A DNA stretch of 64,000 nucleotides from NCBI GenBank assembly GCA_028023455.1, contig JAQFVV010000009.1:16182001-16246000 (forward strand), in the 5' to 3' direction. Both the position numbers and the translations under genes were made by a program. Numbering within the stretch: position 1 is the stretch's first letter; each line of letters starts with the position of its first letter. Shown here in pieces: positions 52,266 through 64,000 of the stretch. The DNA comes from Epiperipatus broadwayi (lineage: Eukaryota; Animalia; Onychophora). The notes below the pieces were generated by a model. It was not told the DNA's origin, searched no databases, and saw nothing but the letters and a program-made list of their open reading frames with translations.

Positions 52266-54534
52266 ATTTCACATCTGCCAAGCCGAAGTATATTATAAAT
52301 TAAATACTATATCACACATGAACAGAGCCAACTCTTTTGTAGCCTGAGAAATACGCATATGCTACTGATGGGAATATATATATATACTTTACTTTATCCC
52401 GTTCAATCTTTTCAGTTATCTATAACAAATAAACTCTTAAGGGGGAAAGTATATTTAAGGGACTTACGAATACTTTAATAAGAAAATATACTTCTAATTA
52501 CACTCCAGGCTAGTTTAATCTTTAGTAACATAATAATTAAAGGTTAAAATTTTGGATTTATAAGCCACATTTTATATTTACATTAATTATTTACTAAATG
52601 GCAAAATAATAACGAGCACAAAGGGTCGCCATTATTTATAAAATAGAGTTTCGAAACAGCGCACTAAATGATGCTATAATTAATACAATACGAAGATTTT
52701 AAACAATATTTTCAAAAAGAATATATTTCGTAACTAAATGCGCACCGTTTCGAGACATAGGCATAATTAATAATAATTAAAATAAGCAAAAGAAAGGTAA
52801 ATATAACTGCAGTGATCAAGTTATATAGCAAAATATTGAATTAATAAAGAAAAATTAATGGAAGTATTTCATTTTATAGAATTCAAATATTATTTAGAAA
52901 ACAATTTAGACAGAGTTTACAATAATATAGTTAGCTAACCTGATTTCGAAGAAATAATCATCATTTTGAATTTTACTCAGAGCTCTGCGATTTTAATAAT
53001 ATTAAAACAGTTCTATAGCTGGACTGGAGATACTCCAGCTGGAATGAAGGTGAGTTCTTTGGTGGCTTATGGCATCTTCTATTTAGTTGGGAGACAATTT
53101 AAAATGGTGTTCCCGTAACTGGACTGAAATTGGAACGAAGGCAAGTTCCTTTTAGCGGCTTACAGCATCTTTTATTTGGTATAAGCTTGTTAGGACAACG
53201 TTGGTTGTTGCTTCGGGCTTGGGTGGATTGAACTTCGGCGTTCCCTCACGGGAACGGCAGCAAAATTTTGCCTGACTAGCAAGACATAGTGAAATTAATA
53301 AATTTTCAGCTTCTGGTAGTAACGGCTCTTCAAAAGCAAGATGGAGTATATCTTTCCCGCTTAAAATATGGCCTATTTATACATTTCCACCTACTAAGCT
53401 TAACACCTTTTTGAAATTTCGTTTGCCTCAGGACCAATTGACTTTTAATTAAATAAAATCATAGAATCTGATTTTCTACAACAGATAACGTCTCTGAGAT
53501 GTTATATTTCATTTACTTTAAAACTTTTAAATTAAATATATAAATTATATAATTTTGATTCCAATTTCAGTAATTAAATTTCTTTTTTAGGTTTTATAAA
53601 TTTTAAGGCTTAGCAGATAGTAACGGCATTCTGATTTAATGATAAAGTCTTTTGTTGCAAACAAATTCAATCAGTAAACTAGATTTTGCTTTTACCCTGG
53701 GTGCGGTCACTAATTGATTTCTTGTTTACAGAAAATTCCCATTTTTAATTATAAACCGATGACTTTTTCTTTTAACTTTATATAAATAACTTTTTAACAT
53801 TTTTTTTTTTTATATTGTTTGTTTAAAAAAAGCAAATTTGACAGATCTTATAAATTACTTGTTTCATTTATATCTATAAAACATTAAATTAGAAAACCGT
53901 AGTTTTAAAGAAAACATTTTATACTATTTTTTTTTAATATGAAATATATATATAATCTTAAATATATATACAACTCATTATGCCATCATTCCAAGGTTTA
54001 AATTATCCATCCACATACAAATATAATAATACTTAAGAATTGACTGATACATTAATGAAATATTTTCTGAATAATTATGAGGATTTCTACGCTATAATTT
54101 TATCAATCGGTCTAATTATAGCGTACTTTCGTATGTAAATGGATGATGCCATTCAAATGGCCATGATTACAAAGTTTTACCGCTTGACTTATTTATCACA
54201 TTTTGACATTTAAAATAGGTTCGACATTATCTCAGACGAATAGGTCATTAGGTTGATGGTGAAACGAAAAGGGATTGCAAGGTTTCCATTTCAATATGAA
54301 GGATTTATTTAATAAGAGAAATTAGTTCATTGTGACATTTGTTTAATTTGATACTTAATAAAGCAAACATTTATTGCATATATATATATGTATGTTTAAA
54401 AAAAAAAGATAGTGCATATTCAACTATCTGTTAGCTAAGCTTATGTTTTAAATGGATTTGATTTGGTGGTGTGGATAAATAAAGGCCGGTTTCGATAGGA
54501 TTGTAAACTACTCTTACAATATATATATATATAT

Positions 54535-54960
54535 TGTAACTGACAAGTTCACCCGGACTGTACCAGGCAAAATTAATGATATAACACAAGACTGTCACAA
54601 TATAATCAGGTCACAGCCAGGGTACACCACGAAGACCCATCGTACTATTACATGAAGGTATATTAAATTACCCCAAAATAAATTATGTGACTATGATTAA
54701 TAACTATTCTCACTAATGACTGTATCTCAAAACTACACTTCAAAGCCTTAAACAGAGATTTATATTTATGTGAGACTTTATGGCCAACCATGAACAAGAT
54801 GGTATAATCTATAAACTACTAAAGATTACTTTTCCAGCATTAAATATGTGATCCATTACATCAATTTTAACTATCACATGATAATACCAGTCATTTAACA
54901 AGACAGCAATAGTATAATCAGCCTCATAACATAATTGGTTGTAGCGCAGATATACAGGAT
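54535..54960. mobile_element. LTR-like segment starting TGTAAC after (TA)n
   Basis: Same junction type as 25059 and 51133; the right boundary is uncertain. Confidence 0.35.
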
Positions 54961-57900
54961 TTTAATACAGCAATAAAAAGTAAGCAACATGAACTTTAGG
55001 TTATTTCACCATTAATTTAAATGTCAACTTAAATTGATAGCAATGAGATTCTTATTGTAATAGGTAAAGCATCATTTATAATATTAGAAAATAGATTCAA
55101 TCATAATCTCTGCTAGTAAATTTATTAATTTTATGTCCTATTATCACAAACACCAATAGAAGTAACCAACTCTGGGTTATATTCTAAAATTAACAAAGCA
55201 AAGCTGAAGTGATGAAAGAGGTAAATGAGATTTTATTATACCTTGATTATCAGTAATTACCCAAGAACAAAAGCATTAAGATATTCTCCCAGAATTTCAG
55301 TAAACCTTATGTGCATTATCAGTGACAATGTGTGCTCTAATATCTGACTTATTTCATATGGTTGATTTTCTGGTTCTATATATGACAAATAGCAATGATA
55401 TAGTTAGGTTAAATTATAAAATTAACATTTATTTACAACTTGATCAATATTAATAAATAATTGATTAATACAATGATCAAAATATAATAAATAAATAAAT
55501 AAATTAAAATAACATCACATGTACTTGTTCTTATACCTGGATAATGTACATGAGTTCAAAAGAAACACAATATAAAATTTCCTCACAAATGGATTTGATT
55601 TGAGCCCTTATAAGGGAGAGGATAGGTTCAAACGCCTAGTCAATAACACTTCCAATATGTCAATACCAGAACCCATGCACCTATACCCCAGATTTATAAT
55701 AACAATAATAATAACTGGTATTTTTTAACATTTATTAAAGAGAAAATTTGAATCTCATCTTGCCTTGAAATATCATACAAATTGATATGTAATAAATGAT
55801 AGAAATAATTTATCAAACGCTCTTTTAATAGCTGATAACTGAACACGCAGGATCAATCTAAAAATGAGGAAAACAACATCGACATCATAATGTATGGGGA
55901 CTCTGCCCAAGTACATTTAAAATAGCAATGGTATTCTTGTAGATGTATTCATCCATGCAAAGGAATAACAAAGCATTAAATGCCCTGTGAGATTTTTAAC
56001 CATCGTCAGAACAACAATCACGATTACCACCAGCCCAGAAACGAATATAAAGAATATAATAAAATGGCAAGTGATCATTCAGTGGATTGAACCACCAGTG
56101 CAGAATAGTGCCATATAACATTATAAAATAGTGCAGACATTTACTTACCAAGTAAGAGATATAAAATTACCCTCATCTATAAAACTGCTAAATTAGTAGA
56201 TTCATCTAGTCTTATGAGCATGAATTAAGACATATAATGAAATAAATACTTTAGTGTGGGAAATAACTGAGTTAACAGCCGACTGTGCCTGAAGCATAGC
56301 AAAATAATAATACATAATAAATATAATATGAGTATAGGTACAGAACCCTGTAAAGACATACAGGATTAAGCCATGTGGTGTTGAGGCACATTATAGATTC
56401 ATTAAATAATCATTAAACTTTTACACAAGTGCTGTTCCCTAATAATTGATTCTCTACAATCCCTATATAATATGTTCAATGCCATGAATTTAAATCAATA
56501 ATTATTTTATTCATAATAGAATATATACTGCGAATTTCTCACATGTATAAGATAATATGAGAATATAATTCAAAATAGAAATACATACTCGTTTAAATAA
56601 CTACATTAAATTAAAATATATATGTCTTGAAATATTCACCAATGAAATCAATAACACATTTTCTTATAATTTCCTGTACAACATATATAAATTGAATAGT
56701 TTTTCAATTACAACATATAGAATTTTATATTTGATTGTATTCCTTTTCGTTTTTACCCATAATGAATATTGCATAATTAATTGATTTACATGTAGGCTTT
56801 CTGAATATATGAAATATTTAAAAATAGGATATGTATAATGCTGTCACATATGAAAATATATCAATTCCGTCTAAATAATCTCCTTATGTATGTTTATGGC
56901 TATTCCATCTCTTTTTTAATACACTGTCACACAAATATAGAGCATCCCTCCACGTTAACCAGTTTTATTATTTATAATTAGAGTAGCCCTCAAAAGTTAA
57001 TAAACCTCCTTACTTTTATTTAGGCATTACTCCAAAGTTAAAATATTTCATTACTTTTAATTTTTAGTAAGTATCGAAAACTAGGAATGTTTGACCAAGC
57101 TATCCCATGATTGCTATGACAGTGATAAAATAACTGCCTTGTTAGTTGTTATTTTCTTTCAACAACTATATTATTTTTCAACAATAAAATGATAACTCAC
57201 ATGGCGGGAATATTATCTGTAACATAACTCCAAAGTGGGATATAACTAAATCTTCACTGTCATGCAAAACAAAAAATGTTATTACAGCATTCCACTCTGC
57301 ATATATATGGTAGAACTATATAATTTAAAATCACAAAATAGAACTTTATATCCAAGGTTAATATAGTCGGTAAGCAATAAAAATATTTCCAGGTAGACTG
57401 ACCTTTAAAGACTGTTATTCCTATTGTCACAGTTGATAATATCAGTACATTTCAATTATAGACATTTTGGAAGATAATCAGCAGTTAGATTCTCGGTTAG
57501 CAGGCTCGAACAGACTTGTTTAAGTTTAGCTACTCACTCATATTATTATTAACACCCAATAACATCACAAGTTGAAAGATATAAGAAAATCATAACTTAA
57601 TATCTTTATCCTTAATTTTAAGGAATAGTTTTAATATTTGTTACATTTTTTTAACAGAATTTTTTTTACATACTATTATATTGTCTCTATTCCAGTTTTG
57701 AAAAAAAATCTGAACATTCTCTTTTCCTTTTATCTAATTACATTTCTCCTCATTTACATATTTCTTTTAAAATGAAAGAAGAAATAAAAAGAAAAAAACA
57801 TATATTTATTGTATTCTATCGACTAATTCAAGATAAATAAACCATTTTAATTAAACTTAGCTAATCTTTGAGATTAGTTAAAGATAAACAAATAATGATT

Positions 57901-58763
57901 ATTATTATTATTATTATTTATATCTTACTAAATTTGATATAATGTGCTATTGGTTTTGCAGGTTAAACACAGCTTGTCCAACTCAGTGATGGGAAAAGGG
58001 CAAAACCAAATGAAATTACATAATTTTATTATTGAATCAACTTGAATACAAGTATCAAGTATACACCAAGTGCTAACTATGGTAATTAAGTCACCTAGAA
58101 GAAGATAGAGAAATTTTAAATCTGTTCCACCAAGCTATATATTTTGACCAAAATATAAGGTTACAATATATATATATGAGTGTGCATTTCCACGTAGATG
58201 ATCCTTAGATGTTCTATTTGCTACACTCGAGTTTATGTTTACTTTTCTCCCCATGATATATTATTGCAGTTTGAGATGGATGATATTAATATTGTTTGAG
58301 TTTAGACATTTCCCCCCATGAATTGTATTTTGCTTTGTACTTCAAGTGAGATGCTATTTAGTGTTGTTTTGCTTTTAATGTGGTATGGGACTAAATGCTT
58401 AGTATATAGGTCTGATTTTGTAATGGTCTTCATGATGTGAATATTTAGTTAATTTAAGCTGTTTTATTATTGGTTTTTTTTTTTTAAATGTAAAAGTGAA
58501 ATATATATAGTGTGCGCATCTTAACTTAGAAAACATATCTAACAGAATCAGATCAACAATAGAGTTTCTTAGTCTTCAGAGATGATACAGCCTTTTAGTA
58601 TAAAGTTTTGTGAATACTAATATTTAAAGCTACCAGATATCAAATGCAGTATATGATAACATACAAAAGGGGCAATTGCATTTGAAATAAGTAATATTGG
58701 TAAATGTTTAGGCCTTTTCTAATTATTATAATTTTTAATTTAATATAATTTATAGCCTATAAA

Positions 58764-61166
58764 ATGAATCGATTAAAAAAAAGAAAAATTGCTGCTGAAT
58801 GCCGCATTTTCAATGATAATTGTACATTCAGATATTTATTTGCAAATATAGATGATAAAGTTGTTTGTTTGGTTTGTAATATTCTGTTTTTAAAGAATAT
58901 AATCTAAAAAGGCATTTTTTAACAAAACATTTCATCAAATATAATCTATTTTCACCAGACCAATTAAAAATTGAAGCAGAAAAATTAAAATGTGGCTTGC
59001 ATAAGCAACAAAATACTTTGAAAATTTTGTCAAATACAGATAGAGCTATGACAAAAGCTAGTTACATTGTTGCACTCAAGCTTGAAAAATAATGTAAATC
59101 ATTTTCTAATGGGGACTTTATGAAAGAATGTTTGATAGATATTGCTGAATTATTATGTCCTGATAAAAAAACTGATGTTTGAAAAAATTTCTATCATGAA
59201 GAACTCTTGTGAGATGAATTGATAATAATTCAAGTAATTTATGTGGTCAATTAAAATTAAAATTGGAAGATTGTATTTACCATGCACTGGCTTTAGATGA
59301 GTCATGTGATATTACCAATACGAGCCAACTTTTAATTTTTATTCGAGGTATAAATCATAGATTTGATATTACAGAGGAATTACTTTCTCTGTATCTTATG
59401 GAAGACACAATGACTAGTGAAGACTTTTTCATAGCTCTTCAAGAAACTTTCAAAAATATAAAGTAGGACAAAATTGTCAACATCACAACCGATGAGTTGC
59501 CTAGTTTGGCAGGAAAAATATTGGATTATTAAAAAAGAATAAGCGACTAAATAAAGCATATTCCAGGAAAATAAATATTTTTTTTATATTGCATATTTCA
59601 TCAAGAAACCCTTTGCAAAAGAATTCTAAAACTGAAGTATGTTATATCGGTTGTAACGAAAGTAGTTAATTTTATTCAAGGAAGAGCTCTAAACCACTGG
59701 CAATTCATAACATTTTTGAAAGAAATTGAATGTGATTTTACTTATATTCTTTACCATATAGACATAAGATGGCTTATCTGTATTTTTATATTGGACTATT
59801 TCCATCATCTAATATGTGTGTTGAATGTTTTTAGAAAAGTTTAATTTTATTTAAATATTACACCAACTGTTAGTAATATCACAGCAAACAGGTTAGTATA
59901 TGCACCAACTGTTAGTAATATCACAGCAAACAGATTAGTATATGCACCAACTGTTAGTAATATCACAGCAAGCATATTGCTGTGATATTACTAACAGTTG
60001 AATGTATTTGGAATAGTTAAATAAAATTAAACTTTTCTAAAGACATTCAACACACATATTAGATGATGGAAATAGTCCAATATAAAAATACAGCTAGAAC
60101 ACCATCATCACAAACCTTCAGGAAAACACATAAGATAGCTTAGTTTTGCAAAAGTGTTAAAATGATTTAATGATTTGTTAGATGAAATTGTTAACTTCAT
60201 AAATGCTAAGGAAAAACTGAATGAATTTTGTGAATTGAAAGATGAACAATGACTGAACGACTTTTTCTTTTCCGTTGATATGTTTTCACATCAAAATGAA
60301 TTAAATTTATTATTACAAGAGAAAGGACTATTTATTTTTGATATGTATACAAATGTCACATCGTTTATGAGAAAACTCAAGTTATTTTCGCAATAATTCC
60401 AAAATAAATAATTAACTCACTTTCCAATCTTACAATGTGCTGATTTTAAGAAATATGAGTACAATAAGTGAATTATTTAATGGATTTACAAGAAGATTTG
60501 ATGATTTTCAGAAAATTTGTAAAGATCCATCTTTAGTAAGCCTATCATTTAATTTTAATGTCAAGACCTCCATGTATCCAGTTGGAGCTGATAAATTTAC
60601 AATCAAATTTAGTATTTCAGAATCAATTTGCTGAAAAAACAATAACAGACTTTTATGTCTTGTTAAAACCAGAAATGTTTAAAAATATTTTAGATAATAG
60701 ACAGAAATAGTTGACATTCTTTGGATCGACATACCTATTTGAAACTAGATTTTCTTTATTGAAAAATGCAAAGAACAAAATTAAATTATGAATAATAGAT
60801 GAAAATTTAGGAGCAGTTCTATGAATAGCCACTAGTGAATTGAATCCCAATTTTGATTAAATCATAAATCAGGATCACTTCAAAAATCCCTCACATTAAT
60901 GTCTTTGTTTTCTGTATTTACTTTATCATAACAATAAAAATGTTTCAAATTGTAGTTCTTATCTGTACCTATCTATAATCGATTCCTATTTAAGTCATTA
61001 AATATTGTATTTACTTTTTTAAAAAATACATTGATAATTTGATAATTCAAGTAATATAACATTTTTTAGGTTCTGATTTTTTTTGTTAAATCGTTCAATC
61101 TATTCTGGCCACGTTACAATACAAAAATTTTATTTGGCCCACTGATGAATATGTTTCCCACTCCTG
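58764..61166 (+). mobile_element. hAT transposon (SPIN/Buster, GTF2IRD2-like transposase), pseudogenised
   Basis: MNRLKKRKIAAECRIF...VVCLVC...KRHF; LALDESCDITNTSQLLIFIRG; DIRWLS; FGSTYLFETRFS; ends ..SH*. Right TIR GTTTCCCACTCCTG is followed by TCCTAGAG (nnnTAnnn). The left end was not resolved. Confidence 0.9.
59777..60127. mobile_element. Family C fold-back insertion interrupting the hAT transposase
   Basis: Near-perfect inverted arms, an internal 41 bp tandem repeat (about 2.6 copies), and a 15 bp TSD ACATAAGAT(G/A)GCTTA at 59762-59776 and 60128-60142. Confidence 0.85.
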
Positions 61167-62194
61167 TCCTAGAGGCTGTTACAAGAATAAGAAAAACCAA
61201 TATAACTTACCAATTTGCTTAGTGACATTGTGTTTTATCTTGTTAATTTTCAAAATAAAGCTGGAAAGGTAACTATTCTTACCTGACCTCGTGGTTTAAT
61301 GGGATTATATCGTTATGCCATATCCATGACCTGTATTTGATTACAGGTTAGGTAAAGGGTGTATATTTTTTCAGATTTCAATCAGGCTTAGTATTTTTTT
61401 TTTTCTTTTAGCTGGCTCATAGGCATCTAACTACAGTAGAGATTGGTAATTATTTTCTAGTAAATGGGAAATTTCACCATCCAGTACTTCTCTATTTTTT
61501 TTATATAAAGGAAAGAGAATTTTGGAGAGACTTTTACCTTGTGCAGACTGTTCAAATGCTACTTTATGTTGCAGCTCTGTATAGCCAAATAATGATAGCA
61601 CAAAGTATTACTCAAAATTAATCAGTGACATATTAGTGATCTATTAATTTATTGGGAAAATTATAAATAATTGTGAGATTCATTGGCTGTTTTTGTCATT
61701 AATTACTATTAGTCTGTGTTAATTGAAGTAAAAGCAAATTATTTGTTGTTGGCAGATTTATGTTTATGTAATCAAATACAGAATATTGATTATTTAATAA
61801 AGCTAAACTATCTTTTAATAAATCAAACCTATTCTACAATTGTATTTATAATCTATCATTTTACAAAGCATGATTTATCATCAATTTAAATTCGTGAATG
61901 TTACATATTTCTAATTTTCTATGTAAGTTTTATCCATTTATATGTGAATGTTTAGAGCAGGACATTGATATGATAAATATACATAATGGTTGATTAAAAT
62001 AAGTGTTGTTTTTTTCTGATTAGTTGTTGATCTAAATTTTTTCCCAATAATAATAACTGATTTCTTTATAGTAACACTCAAAATGTATGATTTAATGTAT
62101 ACATAAATCCTACTTCCTTAAAAATTACAAATAATAAATTTCATTTTTGTTGAAAAATATTACAAATCTATTTATAAATTTATTTATTTTGTAG

Positions 62195-62321
62195 ATTTTT
62201 GAATGGTGGTATTTTCGCAAATATGGCATGTCTTTTATCGAACAAATATCTGTCAATCATATTTCTCCATGGATTGGAGGTGGGGAAAATGGAAATGATG
62301 GAAACCAACCAAATATACCAG
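62195..62321 (+). CDS. ST7: ST7 coding exon 3 (127 bp)
   Basis: TTTTGTAG acceptor and GTAAC donor; in frame with exon 2; encodes [42 protein letters not shown] plus G. The gene continues beyond the window. Confidence 0.97.
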
Positions 62322-64000
62322 GTAACATTTTAATTATATACATAATAGAAATATTTATCACAATAATGATTAGTGATTTATTTCTTCCTGATGCATCTAT
62401 GTTCATAACGATTTCTATAGATAATTTTATGCACATTCACTAGTATTTTTCAATTCTAATTTTTTCCTTCATTTGTTGTTTCAAGAATTCTTTTCAGAAC
62501 ATTTTTTAAAAATTTTCCTCTTTAAGGACATATTGATTTTTTTTTCTCATTATTTACCAAATTATTTTGCTTACTATTCTCCACAAGTCTATTTTAAATG
62601 CTTTCTGGATGTTTGAATCATATTGTAAATCATTAATCTATAATTAATTATATGAATTCTTTTTTAATTTACTTTATCAATAACTCTATTCATATTTCCT
62701 TTAAAATCTATTATGAGGTACTTTTTTTATTTGTGCAGTCTAAGAACATTTTACATTCTATTTCCATGATATTCTAATTTATGGTCTGAAATTTATAAAT
62801 GTTTGAATTTAATTGAAAAAAAAAAATCATGAAAGTAGGATAGATAAAAATGGTCATTATTTTCATTTTTCTTCTATTTATTACAGGTTGAACTCCAATA
62901 ATTTGGTACCCATAGTTTTAGAACTTGCTAGATTATTGATTTTTTTGGATTAAAAGATATCATATAGTAATAACCACTTATGTGCTTGAATGTCCCTGTT
63001 ACCATACCATTTAATTTTTCTGTTTGGTTTAGCAAAAGATTCCTGGATCAATTCCCAACAGAATTTTAAAAAAATATCACATTCAAAACTCATATAATTA
63101 TTTTTTAGGCTTTAATACTCCTTCATTCTATATAGGATGTCTAGAATAAGGGATATTTTATTTTTATTTTTTTTTATTCTAAGGTCCTTCAATATACATT
63201 TGTAACTTGTTTAACATAATGCAAATTTATTTTTATATTCTTATAGCATCTTTATAGTCAAGAAATAAAAGTTTATAATAGTATAGTTGCCATTTTGTTT
63301 TGTTTTCGTGAAATGATATTATTACAAACTTTTTAATAACATTTACCAATTGGTTTATCTTCTGTTTTTTCTGTACTTTCTTACGATAAAATTCCTGATA
63401 GCTTTTTAATAATTTATATGTATGAATACTATACAATATAATACATTTGTAAAATATATCTTAAAAAGTTTAATGATTAAAATTTGTTTTTGTTTTTTTC
63501 AGTTACTATTTTGTAAGTAAAAAATTTGAAATATTTCTTTCTCTTTTCTTGATTCTATCATAAAATTATATAAAAATGTTTTGAACATTTACACAGAAAC
63601 ATTTTTATATAATTTTAAGCAAAAAAACTGTAAAAGATAAAAGAGAAATATATGCTCATATGAATCAGGCATATTAATTTACTTAATATACTATGGTGTT
63701 TTTTTAATTTTATTTTTAAAATATGAATAAATATATTTATTTAGAATTAAAAAATGTTAATTTGAGAAAATTTGACAGTCATGGAAATTTAAAGTATCTA
63801 TTTCCAAATTTTGTGTATATTAAAAGTGAACTTGGACTATTAATTGTTAGATTTCAATGTTGCTATGAAGGTTGTATTGAAATTATTGAAATACAGAGAA
63901 ATTATTTAGGCTAAACACACAAATCTTTATGAGGATTAAAAGTAGTCCTCTCCAGCATTGATGCATTTTTGAAGATGAATTTTCATAAGTAGAAGGCATC

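Noticed and set aside
57985-58000. CAGTGATGGGAAA as the left TIR of the hAT element
   Set aside because: Only a partial TIR match, and the flank (GTCCAACT) does not match the right-side TCCTAGAG.
59868-59975. 41 bp direct repeats as a CRISPR array
   Set aside because: The repeats are contiguous with no unique spacers and lie in a eukaryotic fold-back insertion.
97-63914. Most ORFs in the supplied track as genes
   Set aside because: They are antisense shadows of RTE copies, TE fragments or low-complexity AT-rich frames. Only the 62228 ORF overlaps a real exon, and it runs on into the intron after 62321.

Overview
Very AT-rich, repeat-dense eukaryotic (metazoan, probably arthropod-like) genomic DNA; it is not prokaryotic, and I found no CRISPR array, rRNA or tRNA gene. 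One host gene is recognisable: the 5' part of ST7 (suppression of tumorigenicity 7) on the + strand. It has coding exons at 30922-30931 (inferred), 41636-41718 and 62195-62321, separated by introns of about 10.7 and 20.5 kb, and continues beyond the window. The rest is mostly decayed transposons: five RTE LINE fragments, a Merlin element, Tigger/pogo pieces, hAT elements, LTR-like segments and MITEs. The most interesting signal is a set of self-cleaving-RNA elements not shown by the ORF track. Two unrelated non-coding families (about 335 bp and about 450 bp units, tandem and fold-back copies) carry minimal type I hammerhead motifs and look like non-LTR retrozymes. Two divergent Penelope (GIY-YIG) elements share a hammerhead variant in which the conserved C3-G8 core pair is replaced by A3-U8. 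All calls come from manual reading and translation, with no database searches; most element boundaries are approximate.
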